DNA of 51,121 nucleotides from Chloroflexota bacterium (GTDB lineage: Bacteria; Chloroflexota; Limnocylindria; Limnocylindrales; CSP1-4). The position numbers were made by a program, and so were the translations under genes. The stretch is from contig JANMPD010000008.1 of assembly GCA_031369685.1 (NCBI GenBank), forward strand, positions 1-51,121, given 5' to 3'. Shown here piece by piece: positions 10,123-19,014 of this stretch. Position 1 is the first letter of the stretch. Every line of letters starts with the position of its first letter. The notes beneath the pieces were generated by a model. The model worked only from the letters and a program-made list of their open reading frames with translations. It had not been told where the DNA came from and made no database searches.

Positions 10123-11700
10123 TCACCCCACCGACGGGGATTGGGGCGCCGCGACGACCCGCGGGGGACTGTCCCGCAGCCAGCGCCAGTTGACCCAGGC
10201 ACCGGCCAGCAGGAGGCCGGCGGCCACCAGGACCACCGCGTGGAACGAATCCGCCGACGCGAGCCGCGCTGCCTGCTCGATGGCGGCCCCCACCGTCGGA
10301 TCGGGAGCGTTGAGTGGTTGCACCGCGGCCCGGAGTGCCCCCGACCGAGGATCCAGCCCGGGTACGGCGTCGGCCAGGGAGGCGTAGAAGCGCTCCGTGA
10401 TCAGGATGAAGATCACGGCCGATGCCAGCGGCTGGCCGACGCGCGACAGCGCGTTGTTGATCGCCGAGGCCAGGCCGGCGCGTTCGACCGCGACCGAGCT
10501 CATCAGGGTCGAGGTCAGGGGCGCTACGACGAACGCGATCCCGACGCCGAACAGGAGGATCGCGGGGAGGGGATCGATGAACGCCGTGAGCGGTGGAATG
10601 AGCGAGGCCGGGTCGCCGGCCAGGGCGAGCCACGGGGTCGAATCGGTCGGAACCCGAAGCCACCACATGGCGCCCGCGGCCATCACCACGGGACCGCCCA
10701 CCAGGAACCGCCGCGCCCCGAGCCGACCGGCGAGCGTGCCCGCCCAGGCCGAGATGAGCGCAAGCGCAATACCCGTTGGGAGACCAACCAGCGCAGCACC
10801 GAGCGGTGAGTACCCGAGCACGCCCTGCAGGAACAGGCTCTGCATGTACAGCAGGACGTACAGAGCCGCGTAGATCAGCACCGTCGAGATGTTGATGGCC
10901 GTGAAGGTCCTGTTCCGGAACATCTCAGGTGGGACCAACGGGTCCCGGCGGCGAACCATCAGGACCGGGAACGCGACCAGGGCGATGAACCCCACCCCGA
11001 GCATCAGGAGCGGGCCAGGCTCCGCCCACGCGACCTGCTGGCCACGAATGGCCCCGAATGACAGGCCCCCCACAGCAACGGCCGCGACGAGCGCGCCCAG
11101 CCAGTCGAAGCGGGTCCGGTCCGTCGTCGCTCGTAGTTCGGGCACGTAGCGGAGGGTCAGGATCACCCCGAGCGCGACGAGGGGGCCGTTCACCAGGAAG
11201 ATGCTCTGCCACCCGAACACCTCGACCAGTACTCCACCGACCGGTGGCCCGAAAATGGCCACGACCGATGTCGCGGCCGCCCAGATTCCGAAAGCCCGCC
11301 CGCGCGCGGGACCCTCGAACGTCGCGGTGATGATCGCGAGGGAACCCGGCACGAGCAGGGCGCCGGCGACGCCCTGGAGCAGGCGCGCGGCAGCCAGGAC
11401 GTCGAGGGACGGTGCCAGCGCGCAGATGAGCGAGGCGACGCCGAACCCGATGATTCCGAGCAGGAAGATCCGTCGTCGACCGTACCGGTCGCCGAGAGCG
11501 CCGGCCAGCAACAGGAATGCGGCCAGGGTCGCCATGTAGCCGGCAACGACGTAGACCTGGCCCTCGAGGACGCCGATCGCGACCGCCGGCAGTGTCGCGC
11601 CGATTCGGGGCAGGGCAATGTTCACGATCGTGCCGTCAAGGAACACGATTGCAGACCCGATGATGGCTGCGGCAAGCGCGCCTCGTGACGAGGACGTCAT
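10123..11700 (-). CDS. MFS efflux transporter (DHA2/EmrB-like, about 14 TM)
   Basis: FLDGTIVNIALP, GALGDRYGRRR, RLLQGVAGALLVP, FDWLG; many hydrophobic helices. Confidence 0.88.
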   Translation of the reverse strand: MTSSSRGALAAAIIGSAIVFLDGTIVNIALPRIGATLPAVAIGVLEGQVYVVAGYMATLAAFLLLAGALGDRYGRRRIFLLGIIGFGVASLICALAPSLDVLAAARLLQGVAGALLVPGSLAIITATFEGPARGRAFGIWAAATSVVAIFGPPVGGVLVEVFGWQSIFLVNGPLVALGVILTLRYVPELRATTDRTRFDWLGALVAAVAVGGLSFGAIRGQQVAWAEPGPLLMLGVGFIALVAFPVLMVRRRDPLVPPEMFRNRTFTAINISTVLIYAALYVLLYMQSLFLQGVLGYSPLGAALVGLPTGIALALISAWAGTLAGRLGARRFLVGGPVVMAAGAMWWLRVPTDSTPWLALAGDPASLIPPLTAFIDPLPAILLFGVGIAFVVAPLTSTLMSSVAVERAGLASAINNALSRVGQPLASAVIFILITERFYASLADAVPGLDPRSGALRAAVQPLNAPDPTVGAAIEQAARLASADSFHAVVLVAAGLLLAGAWVNWRWLRDSPPRVVAAPQSPSVG

Positions 11701-11756
11701 CGGCGGAGTGTAGGGCTCTCCGCTCGTGATCGCGGGAGACGGCTAGACTCCAACCC

Positions 11757-12464
11757 ATGTCCGGACCCGTAGCCCTGATCGGTGCCGGCGAGTTCCTGCC
11801 CGGGATGGACGCGATGGATCGCGCGTTGCTCGGGGGCATCTCTCGAGTTCGGCCCCGAGTCGTCATCCTCCCGACCGCCAGCGCACCCGATGGCGAGGCG
11901 GTCTTCCGCGGCTGGGCGGAGATGGGACGCTTGCATTTCGCCGCCCTCGGCGCCGAAGTCGAGTGTGTTCTCGTCCGGAATGCCGAAGAGGGTGCCGACG
12001 CGGCCGCGCTACAGGCGATCGGCGAGGCGGACCTGATCTACCTGTCGGGCGGCAAGCCCGGCCATCTTCGATCCGTCCTCGCGGGCAGCCCGCTCGGGGC
12101 CGCCATTCGAACCGCCCATGCCCGAGGTGCCGTTGTTGCCGGTTGTTCTGCCGGCGCCATGGCGTTGGCCGAAGTCCAGGCCGACCTCCGTCGCCGTAGG
12201 CTGCCGTGGCCCATCCGCTGGACGGCCGGCACCTCGGTGGTGCCCGGTATCGCCGTGCTTCCGCACTATGACGCCTGGCCGGAGACGATCCTCGCGCTCA
12301 TGGTGCTTCAATCGCCGCGTCACATCGCGGTCCTCGGCATCGACGAGGACACCGGGGTCGTCGTACGTGACACGCAGTTCGAAGTGCACGGCCGCGGCCG
12401 GGTCACCGTCTGGCGGGGACGGAGCCGGGAGCGCTACCGACGGGGAGACACGTTTCGCATCTGA
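11757..12464 (+). CDS. Peptidase S51 / cyanophycinase-like serine hydrolase (GATase-1 fold)
   Basis: ILPTAS, IYLSGG, GCSAGAM, LPHYD, GIDEDT. Confidence 0.8.
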   Translation: MSGPVALIGAGEFLPGMDAMDRALLGGISRVRPRVVILPTASAPDGEAVFRGWAEMGRLHFAALGAEVECVLVRNAEEGADAAALQAIGEADLIYLSGGKPGHLRSVLAGSPLGAAIRTAHARGAVVAGCSAGAMALAEVQADLRRRRLPWPIRWTAGTSVVPGIAVLPHYDAWPETILALMVLQSPRHIAVLGIDEDTGVVVRDTQFEVHGRGRVTVWRGRSRERYRRGDTFRI

Positions 12465-12531
12465 GCCGGACGGATCACCGACCGCGACGCGGTCAGGGCC
12501 GCGTCAACTCAGGTTCAGGCCGGTTGCGCGA

Positions 12532-12864
12532 TCAGTCGGGTCGAACCTTGCGGAAGCAGTCGGAGCAGTAGACCGGGCGATCCATCCGGGGACGAAACGG
12601 GACCTGCGCCTGGTTGCCACATTCGGAGCACAGGACTGCGAAGAACTCGCGCCCGCCGCCGCTCTCGTAACCGCGCGGTCCACCCATCTCGTGGGCGTCG
12701 AAACCGCCCCCGTCGCGCGCCGCCCGGCGGCTCGCGCGACACGACACGCAGCGCTTGGGCTCGGACGAGAACCCCTTCTCCGAGTAGTACTTCTGATCGT
12801 CGGCCGAGTGGATGAACTCCTGGCTGCAGTCGACGCAGGTGAGCGTCCGGTCCGCGTAGGTCAC
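12532..12864 (-). CDS. Zinc-ribbon / CxxC-x17-CxxC domain protein
   Basis: GTG 12864 after GGAGG; MTYADRTLTCVDCSQEFIHSADDQKYYSEKGFSSEPKRCVSCR ... CSECGNQAQVPFRPRMDRPVYCSDCF (four CxxC). Confidence 0.88.
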   Translation of the reverse strand: MTYADRTLTCVDCSQEFIHSADDQKYYSEKGFSSEPKRCVSCRASRRAARDGGGFDAHEMGGPRGYESGGGREFFAVLCSECGNQAQVPFRPRMDRPVYCSDCFRKVRPD

Positions 12865-13015
12865 TGGGTGCCTCCGAGCGCGATGTTCAGCGTGATGCGA
12901 TCCGCAGGGATCGGCAGGACGCGGCAGCGGCGTCAGCCGGGGCCGCGCGACCCTTGGTGCCGATGTGGAGTCCCTTGGGCGGGGCGCACCGGTGATTTCG
13001 TTGATCCCGAGAATA
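12865..13015 (-). promoter_or_regulatory. Candidate -10 box (TATTCT, 13015-13010) and about 140-nt structured 5' leader of the zinc-ribbon gene
   Basis: Three stem-loops: 12956-12990 (GGTGC/GCACC), 12920-12947 (CGCGGC/GCCGCG with an inner stem), 12898-12913 (CGATCC/GGATCG). Confidence 0.4.
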
Positions 13016-13090
13016 CAACGGATCGCCTGATAGGCCCGATTTCGTTCCCTGTTGCGCTCGATCAACGGGTTACTTTGGGGCCCGGAATGC

Positions 13091-13109
13091 GTGACAGGCT
13101 ACCTGTCAC
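13091..13109. repeat. Perfect inverted repeat GTGACAGG-CTA-CCTGTCAC, candidate operator
   Basis: Read directly in the divergent intergenic region upstream of the nuclease/ATPase pair. Confidence 0.5.
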
Positions 13110-13280
13110 AATGGGAAGCGACGGTTCGGGCGGCGAGCGAGGAGCAATGGGGGCGCCTCGTTGGCCAGGACCCGTGGGGCCGTCGGAAGCTGCCGCTGAG
13201 GTGGTGTCCGTCGGCCCGGACGGGTTCCGGTGCCTCGCGGCCCGTCGTACAGGACAAGCCACGGGGAGGCCCACGACCGG

Positions 13281-14441
13281 ATGCTTCGACTGCTCCACAC
13301 GGCCGACGTTCATCTCGGTGCCCGATACGCGGATCTTGGGGAGGCCGCCACGGCCCAGCGCGAGCGGCAGTTCGCCGCCTTCCGCGCCAGCATCGACCTC
13401 GCGATCGCCGAGAAGGTCGACCTCTTCCTCGTTGCCGGTGACCTGTTCGACTCGAACGTGCAGCCCCGGCGGTCCGTGGACCGGGTCGCTGCCGAGCTCA
13501 AACGCCTCGTCAACGAGCGGATCAGGACGGTGCTCATCCCCGGGACGCATGACGTGTACGACCGGGCGTCCATCTATCGCTCGTATGACCTCCAGGCCCT
13601 CTCCGGCGCTATCGGAACGGACTTCGTAACGCTCCTCACCCCGGAGCAGCCCGCCGTTCGCCTGGAGACCCTCGACCTCACCGTCCATGCCCACGTATTT
13701 GCAACCAAGCGCGCCCCCCGATCGCCCCTCGCCGGGCTCGACGTCAGCGGCGACCCGTCCACGTGGCAGATCGGCCTGGTCCACGGATCCATTGCCATTC
13801 CGAAGCAGACCGAACACGACGAGGTGGTGATCACGACCGACGAGATCGCCGCCAGCAAGCTCGACTATCTCGCGCTGGGGCATTGGCACTCGTCCAGCCG
13901 CGGCAAGGCCGGCAGCACCGTCTACGCCTACTCCGGCGCGCCGGAACCGGTCGCCCTGGACCAGGATCGCGCCGGCAACGTCCTGCTCGTCAGCCTCGAC
14001 CTGCACGATGGCAATCGGGACGTCCAGGTCCAGGAGCGTCGTGTGGGCCGGACCATCTTCCAGAAGTTCGAGATCGACGCCGCGACGGTTGCTTCGCAGC
14101 CCGTGCTGACCGAGGACCTCCGCATGCTGGCCAACCCCGACATCGTCATGGATGTTCGGTTGATCGGGGTCCGACCCGATGCCCTCGATCTACACGCAGA
14201 GGAAGTTGAGGCCGCCCTGGCCGACGCGTTCCTCAAGATTCGCGTTCGTGATTGGTCTGCCCCACCGTTGTCCGATGGGCCGCTCCCGCCAGAGGACACG
14301 ATTCTCGGGGCGTTCGTCCGGGACATCGAGGCCGGCATCGCGGAATTCGAGGCTGCCGACAATGCCGCTGCGGCGGCCGAAGCACGGGATGTTCTGCGAC
14401 TCGGGCGGCTCCTCCTCGCGGGCGAGGAGGTGACCCTGTGA
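13281..14441 (+). CDS. Mre11/SbcD-like metallophosphoesterase nuclease (YhaO-like)
   Basis: ATG 13281 after GGGGAGG; LLHTADVHLG, VAGDLFDS, PGTHD, HGS, YLALGHWH, YSGAPE. Confidence 0.9.
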   Translation: MLRLLHTADVHLGARYADLGEAATAQRERQFAAFRASIDLAIAEKVDLFLVAGDLFDSNVQPRRSVDRVAAELKRLVNERIRTVLIPGTHDVYDRASIYRSYDLQALSGAIGTDFVTLLTPEQPAVRLETLDLTVHAHVFATKRAPRSPLAGLDVSGDPSTWQIGLVHGSIAIPKQTEHDEVVITTDEIAASKLDYLALGHWHSSSRGKAGSTVYAYSGAPEPVALDQDRAGNVLLVSLDLHDGNRDVQVQERRVGRTIFQKFEIDAATVASQPVLTEDLRMLANPDIVMDVRLIGVRPDALDLHAEEVEAALADAFLKIRVRDWSAPPLSDGPLPPEDTILGAFVRDIEAGIAEFEAADNAAAAAEARDVLRLGRLLLAGEEVTL

Positions 14442-16609
14442 GAATCACCCGGCTCAAGATCGAGAACCTTCGGCGCCACCAGGAGCTCGACCTCACCCTC
14501 GATCGCGGATTGACGGTCGTTCGCGGGCCCAACGAATCCGGCAAGACCACCCTGCAGCGCGCCCTCGAGCTCGCCTTGACCCGTCGTGTCACCTCGGCCT
14601 CGGCCGAGATGGAGGCGATGCAGACCTGGGGCGCCGGGGAGGACGCCAAGCCGGCGGTCCGGCTCGAATTCGAGCAGGACGAGGAAGATGGGATACACCC
14701 GGGTGTTGTGGAGAAGGCGTTCCGCGGCGGCAAGGGCACGGTTCGCCTTGAGTACGATGGCAACGTCGTCACGGACCCGGCGCAGGCCGACCAGATCCTG
14801 GCTGAGCTGACCGGCATCCCCACGGAAGCGTTCTTCCGTTCGACCGCCTCGGTCCGGCATCACGAGATGGACGACGTCGCGCGCGACGAGAGCGCCCTTC
14901 GGGATCGCCTGCAGGCGTCCATCTCGGGCGCGGATCGCGGCACCGGCCGATCCAAGCGGAAGCTGGAGAAGGCGCTCCACGAGCTCAACACGAAGGGCGA
15001 CAAGAACCCGGGCCGGGTCAAGATCGCTGCCGCAGCGGTTGGGCAGGCCGCGTCCGCTCTCGCTCAGGGCGAGGCCGCGCTCGCGCGTCTCGAACAGGAC
15101 CGGGATCGGCTGACGCTCGCCCGCGAGCGTCGCGTCGAGGCCGACACCGGACTTGCCGAGCGGAAATCGATGCTGGAGAAGGCTCTCCAGGCTGAGCGCC
15201 TCATCGCCGACCGATCAACGGCCCGGGAACGGTTCGAGCGTCTGAGTTCGGCCGTGTCAGTCACCGAGCAGATGGCCGTCCTCCACGAATCGCACCCGGC
15301 TCGTGATCCGCTACCGGTCCTCCGGACCACCGTGGGGCGGATGCGCGAACTCGATGCTCGCGTACGCGAGCTTCGAGCGCTGCTGTCCGGCGACGCCGAC
15401 GTCCATTTCGAACTTCAGGCGCCGGAGTCGCGGAACTGGTTGCCGGTTGCGCGCCTCGCGTTGCTCCTGATCCTCGCGGGCGCTGCGTTGGCCGCCCTGT
15501 CCGTCTTCAACGTCGTGGTCATTCCGGGTGGCCTTGCCGGGCCGCTTGGCGTTGTGGTCGTGGGCCTCGTGCTGTCGTTCGTCGGTCGCCGGCAGCGCTT
15601 GCAGGCCACGGATATCGGCCGCGAACGCCAACTTCGAGACGACGAGATCGACCGGCGCCTGCGCGGGCGTTCGCAGGTCGAGCAGGAACTGCAGGAGGGG
15701 GACCTCGAGCTGGCCAACCAGCTATCGGGTCTGGAACTTTCTGACATGCCGGCCGTCGAGGAGCTCCTGAGCGCCGAAGAGGCCCACGTAGCGGCCATCG
15801 ACCGCCTCGCCGCGCAACTCGAGGGGCTCGTCGGTCGCGAGCCGATCGAGACCCTGTCGCCCCTGCGCAATGCCGCGGCCCTTGAGATCGAGCAGAAGAC
15901 CCGTGCCCTCGAACATCTCGGTCCGATCGCAAAGGAACCACGGGCCCGTGAGCGCCTCGAGGTCGAGGTAAAGGACGCCGAACGGTCGATCGACCAGGCA
16001 CGCAACGACGAGGCTGATGCCCGGGCGCGCGTGGAGGCGAACCCGGTCGACGCCGAGGCGGTTGCGGGCGAGGCCGAGCGCCTCGAACTCTGGCGGGAGC
16101 AGCTCGCGACGCTGGAACGTCGTGCCAGGATCTACAGCCAGACGCTCACCGCGATCGAGGCCGCCGAGCGCGCGACCATGCAGCGTGCAACCCGATACCT
16201 CGAGAAGCACATGGTCGGGGACCTTGAACAGGTCACCGCCGGTCGGTATCGAAGGGTGCGTGTCGACGACACCAACCTTGGGATCGAAGTGTTCGCTCCC
16301 GAGCGCGGCGACTGGGTGTCGGTCGAATCCCTCTCCCAGGGCACGCTCGACCTGGTCTACCTCGCAGCCCGAATCGGGCTGGTGCGCCTGGTCACGGGGG
16401 ACCGCCGGCCGCCGCTCATCCTGGACGACCCGTTCGTGACCCTCGACGATGCGCGGGCAACACGTGCACTCGAACTGCTCAAGCGAATCAGCGCGGACTT
16501 CCAGGTGATCTACCTGACCACCTCGGATCGTTATGACGCGGCCGCGGACGCAGTCCAGATCCTCGAGGCCCCCACCGCCGTGGACTCCGAATCCGCCGCC
16601 GTCGACTGA
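14438..16609 (+). CDS. Rad50/SbcC-like coiled-coil ATPase with central transmembrane hairpin (YhaN-like)
   Basis: GTG 14438 (GTGA overlap, SD GAGGAGG); Walker A GPNESGKTT, signature LSQGT, Walker B LILDDPFVTLD; two hydrophobic helices mid-protein. Confidence 0.88.
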   Translation: MRITRLKIENLRRHQELDLTLDRGLTVVRGPNESGKTTLQRALELALTRRVTSASAEMEAMQTWGAGEDAKPAVRLEFEQDEEDGIHPGVVEKAFRGGKGTVRLEYDGNVVTDPAQADQILAELTGIPTEAFFRSTASVRHHEMDDVARDESALRDRLQASISGADRGTGRSKRKLEKALHELNTKGDKNPGRVKIAAAAVGQAASALAQGEAALARLEQDRDRLTLARERRVEADTGLAERKSMLEKALQAERLIADRSTARERFERLSSAVSVTEQMAVLHESHPARDPLPVLRTTVGRMRELDARVRELRALLSGDADVHFELQAPESRNWLPVARLALLLILAGAALAALSVFNVVVIPGGLAGPLGVVVVGLVLSFVGRRQRLQATDIGRERQLRDDEIDRRLRGRSQVEQELQEGDLELANQLSGLELSDMPAVEELLSAEEAHVAAIDRLAAQLEGLVGREPIETLSPLRNAAALEIEQKTRALEHLGPIAKEPRARERLEVEVKDAERSIDQARNDEADARARVEANPVDAEAVAGEAERLELWREQLATLERRARIYSQTLTAIEAAERATMQRATRYLEKHMVGDLEQVTAGRYRRVRVDDTNLGIEVFAPERGDWVSVESLSQGTLDLVYLAARIGLVRLVTGDRRPPLILDDPFVTLDDARATRALELLKRISADFQVIYLTTSDRYDAAADAVQILEAPTAVDSESAAVD

Positions 16610-16625
16610 TCTCGTCGACCCCGCC

Positions 16626-17492
16626 ATGCCGAACCTCGACGTTCCAGCGACGCTCCTGCCTGCGCTGCTCGCGCTGACTTCGGCCGTCCTGTGGGGCATC
16701 TCGGACTTCGGAGGCGGGGTCCTCGGCAGGCGTGCCCCGATCTTCGGCGTCCTGCTCGCAACGCAGAGCGCCGGCTTTGTCATCGCGAGCCTCGGCTTGG
16801 TCGTTTGGTCGGAGCCGATGCTCGAGGGCCCGGATCTCGGCCTGTCCGTGCTCGCCGGCGGGCTCGCAGCCATCGGTGTCGGGAGCCTCTATCGCGGGTT
16901 GGCCGTCGGACGAATGGGCGTTGTTGCGCCCGTCACCGCCGTCCTGACGGCAACCACCCCGGCGATGATCGGTATTGCCTGGCAGGGATTTCCGGGACCG
17001 ATCGTGTTCGTCGGGTTTGCCGTCGCGATCGTCGCCGTCATCATCGTCTCAGTCGTCCCGGATGACAGCAGCGGACGTCCGGCCGGGCTCGGCTACGCGC
17101 TCGTCGGTGGGTTCACGCTCGGCCTCCTCGGCGTGGTGCTCAGCCGAATCGATCTCCAGCACGCCTTTGCTCCGCTCGCGCTCATGCGCGCCCTCGAACT
17201 CGTCCTGTTCGTTACGGTCGTGGCGATCCGTGGATTGGCCTGGCGGATGCCGCGCTCAACCCTGCCCCTCGTCGTGCTCGTCGGGATGGTCGACATCATC
17301 GGGAACCTTGCGTTCCTCACGGCATCCCGGACGGGGGACCTGTCGATCGCGGCGGTCCTCTCGTCGCTCTACCCCGTTATCACCGTCATCCTCGCGGCCG
17401 TGCTGCTCCGTGAACGAATCACCAGGTCCCACGCGGCCGGCGTTGCCCTGGCGTTCGTTGCGATCGTCCTGATCACCGGTAATGCGGCGTGA
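16626..17492 (+). CDS. DMT/EamA family transporter
   Basis: WGISDFGGG, YRGLAVGRMGVVAP, AVLSSLYPVITVILA..LRERI; start at ATG 16626 is inferred. Confidence 0.85.
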   Translation: MPNLDVPATLLPALLALTSAVLWGISDFGGGVLGRRAPIFGVLLATQSAGFVIASLGLVVWSEPMLEGPDLGLSVLAGGLAAIGVGSLYRGLAVGRMGVVAPVTAVLTATTPAMIGIAWQGFPGPIVFVGFAVAIVAVIIVSVVPDDSSGRPAGLGYALVGGFTLGLLGVVLSRIDLQHAFAPLALMRALELVLFVTVVAIRGLAWRMPRSTLPLVVLVGMVDIIGNLAFLTASRTGDLSIAAVLSSLYPVITVILAAVLLRERITRSHAAGVALAFVAIVLITGNAA

Positions 17493-17562
17493 CTCAGGCG
17501 GAGCCCGGTCCGATCGAGGCGGTCTGGCATGTCGGGCGACCTGCGCAGGTGGGCGACGAGGT

Positions 17563-18099
17563 CTAGGTTTCGCCTTCCAGGATGCGCAGGGCGGCGAGGT
17601 CGCCGTCCGATCGGATCCGGTGCACGACATCGAAGCCTTCCGCGGCCAGCACGGGATCGGTGACGGCGCGGAGCATCGCCAGTTGCCGACGGACCGCCGG
17701 CTCGGGCACCACCCGGTCGGCGCGAGCCGCGTTCCTTGCCAGCACGAGGTCGGTCGGCAGATCCAGGACGATCGCTACGGCAGGCGCGCCGTCAGCCCGG
17801 GCACGTCGCAGCAGGGCGGACCGCGCCACCGGCACGAGGCTCGTGGCGTCGATGATCGTGGTCTGCCGCGCGGTGAGGCGCGCCTCGAGAGCGCGATGCA
17901 ACGCCGCAAACGCGGCGCGGGTCACCGACTGGTCCGCCTCTCCCGTCCCGATCCGCGCTCGGAACGCATCCGAGGACAGGATGGCCGCCGACGGGAACAA
18001 CCGCTTGGCGAGGGTCGATTTGCCACTCCCCGCCGGGCCGATGAGCACCACGAGCGAACCCTGCGGCACCCTCAGGCCGGTCGTCGACGTGCCTCCCAC
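17563..18099 (-). CDS. P-loop kinase resembling the 5'-polynucleotide kinase domain of bacterial Pnkp
   Basis: SLVVLIGPAGSGKST, ILSSDAFR, DQSVTRAAF, IIDAT, RNAARADRVVPE, EGF; alternative start GTG 18069. Confidence 0.8.
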   Translation of the reverse strand: MGGTSTTGLRVPQGSLVVLIGPAGSGKSTLAKRLFPSAAILSSDAFRARIGTGEADQSVTRAAFAALHRALEARLTARQTTIIDATSLVPVARSALLRRARADGAPAVAIVLDLPTDLVLARNAARADRVVPEPAVRRQLAMLRAVTDPVLAAEGFDVVHRIRSDGDLAALRILEGET

Positions 18100-18947
18100 C
18101 CGCCGGCCTCGGACCTCCGGACCTCGTACGCCGGCTGGTCATAGACCGACGGACCCCGGACGACGTGGCCGTCAGCAAGTTGGAACCGGGACCCATGCCA
18201 CGGACACTCGATGGTCCCGTCACGGAGTGACCCGCCCGACAGCGGACCGCCGGCATGGGCGCACTGGTCATGGACCGCGAGAACCAGATCACCCTGACGG
18301 ACCAGCGCGACTGCGTTGATGCCGAGCTTGCCCTTGACCGGCCGGCCCTCCGGAATGTCGTTGTCGGCGTCAAGTTCGGACGGCTCCAGGGCGATCCACT
18401 TGGTCCCGCTGCCGCGGAACGCGTGCCGGCTGACCATGTTCCCGAGGGTGTAGACGACCTGGCCACCGACGTACGCGCCTGCTGACAGGATTCCGAACCC
18501 GAGGATCGAGACCCAGACCGCCGCCGTTCGGTCCGAGCCATCGGGAGCCGCGAGGCGCATCCCGAGCGAGACGACGTACACGACGAGGGCCACGACCATC
18601 AGCGTGCTGTGGACGGTTGCGTGCTCCCGGGCCGTGCCGTCGGTGTCCGAGTAGTCCGTGGCGCCGGTGACGGCGGCCGCCAGCATGGACAGGATCCCGA
18701 GGATCAGGGCGATGTCGGCCGCCGCCCGCTGGTTCACTAGATCCAGGACGATGACCAGGAAGAGGATCCCGATCGGCGCATCGGTCAGGACCGAGTGCAG
18801 GGGATGCCCGAGCCACCGCCCGTTGAGCATGTCTCGAATGGCCGGGATCGGCCGGAAGAGCGCATGTAGCCAGCGGTAGTTGAAGTCGCCAAGTGGCCGA
18901 GCCCAGCGGGCCTGTCCAGCGATGAGCCTGTCGAAGAATCGATGCAT
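18072..18947 (-). CDS. Membrane protein (DUF2231-like) fused to a Rieske [2Fe-2S] domain
   Basis: ATG 18947 after AGGAGG; GHPLHSVLTDAPIG and TM helices, then CAHAGGPL ... CPWHGSRF. Confidence 0.85.
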   Translation of the reverse strand: MHRFFDRLIAGQARWARPLGDFNYRWLHALFRPIPAIRDMLNGRWLGHPLHSVLTDAPIGILFLVIVLDLVNQRAAADIALILGILSMLAAAVTGATDYSDTDGTAREHATVHSTLMVVALVVYVVSLGMRLAAPDGSDRTAAVWVSILGFGILSAGAYVGGQVVYTLGNMVSRHAFRGSGTKWIALEPSELDADNDIPEGRPVKGKLGINAVALVRQGDLVLAVHDQCAHAGGPLSGGSLRDGTIECPWHGSRFQLADGHVVRGPSVYDQPAYEVRRSEAGGWEARRRPA

Positions 18948-19014
18948 TCCTAGCCCTCCTAGCCTGAATCTACGTCGTCTCCGGCGATTGCCCCGATTCC
19001 GGTAGCCTGACCAG

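Noticed and set aside
12118-13629. 503-aa plus-strand ORF across the zinc-ribbon intergenic region
   Set aside because: It overlaps three supported genes in other frames or strands and is low-complexity Arg/Pro/Ser-rich.
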